Part shown: piece after piece, positions 20,820 to 21,086 of the stretch | How the letters are laid out: each line of letters opens with the position of its first letter | Numbering within the stretch: position 1 is the first letter of the stretch | Origin: Azolla caroliniana | Taxonomy: Eukaryota > Plantae > Polypodiophyta | Direction: 5' to 3' | Length of the DNA: 21,086 nt | Assembly: GCA_043228905.1 (NCBI GenBank) | Contig: JBHGNT010000544.1 | Coordinates: 1 to 21,086 of the forward strand | Position numbers and translations under genes: made by a program | The notes under the pieces: generated by a model | Database searches by the model: none | What the model was told of the DNA's origin: nothing | The model's input: only the letters and a program-made list of their open reading frames with translations

Positions 20820-20840
20820 ATGTCCTATTGTTTCTATTAG

Positions 20841-21086
20841 AAACCGTGTCGAGGCAAGAAACAAGGAGAAGTTAAGGATATACACGATTTCCCTACATCC
20901 TTCCTTGCACATCTCGAGCGAGCCAGAAAAGAAAAGGATCGTCGCTTAGTCAAGGCGTACGAAATGGAGGAAGATGGCTCGTTTAAAAAATTTAGCCACA
21001 AAAAAGATATTACGAGAGATCTTTACTACAATGTGGTTTGCGGCGATGTCGTCGACTTGATCCAGAAGGTGCCAAAGAAGGAATAT
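20841..21086 (+). CDS. Coding exon 4 (partial, runs off the window); ends in a putative amino-DNA-methyltransferase N-terminal motif
   Basis: Acceptor TTTCTATTAG|AAA is phase 0, matching the donor at 15013. 82 open codons: KPCRGKKQGEVKDIHDFPTSFLAHLERARKEKDRRLVKAYEMEEDGSFKKFSHKKDITRDLYYNVVCGDVVDLIQKVPKKEY. Confidence 0.72.

Larger units (their letters stand above)
8255..21086. mobile_element. Putative large two-gene DNA transposon (transposase + ParB-like accessory gene); ends not defined
   Basis: Head-to-head transposase-like ORF and second gene with internal repeat arrays, and a sharp junction with the satellite at 8254/8255. No TIR pair or TSD can be verified because the right end is outside the window. 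Confidence 0.45.

Overview
Eukaryotic, repeat-rich window. Spliceosomal introns and a Tcn1/Tf1-like chromovirus suggest a plant, possibly a non-seed plant; the host is inferred only. There are three blocks. (1) 1-8254: a diverged ~178-bp satellite array with recurring deletion variants that indicate higher-order duplication. (2) ~8255-21086: a divergently transcribed gene pair that looks like a large DNA transposon. The minus strand carries an intact 926-aa DDE/DDD-type transposase-like ORF (Sola-like/DUF7869-type motifs). The plus strand carries a spliced gene of at least 4 exons (12217-12251, 13160-14797, 14874-15012, 20841->end) encoding a ParB/Srx-like domain; its last visible residues (YNVVCGDVVDLIQKVPKKEY) resemble the start of a beta-class N4C/N6A DNA methyltransferase. 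Its first intron holds seven 25-bp perfect palindromes at a 51-52-bp period, with spacers that flip orientation. (3) 15080-20819: a very young, intact Ty3/gypsy chromovirus in intron 3 of that gene, with 453-bp LTRs (one mismatch seen), an ATGTC TSD, a self-priming PBS and a -1 frameshift signal. The best candidate for a new system is the transposase + ParB-(methyltransferase?) gene + palindrome array. The methyltransferase call is cut off by the window edge and needs downstream sequence.
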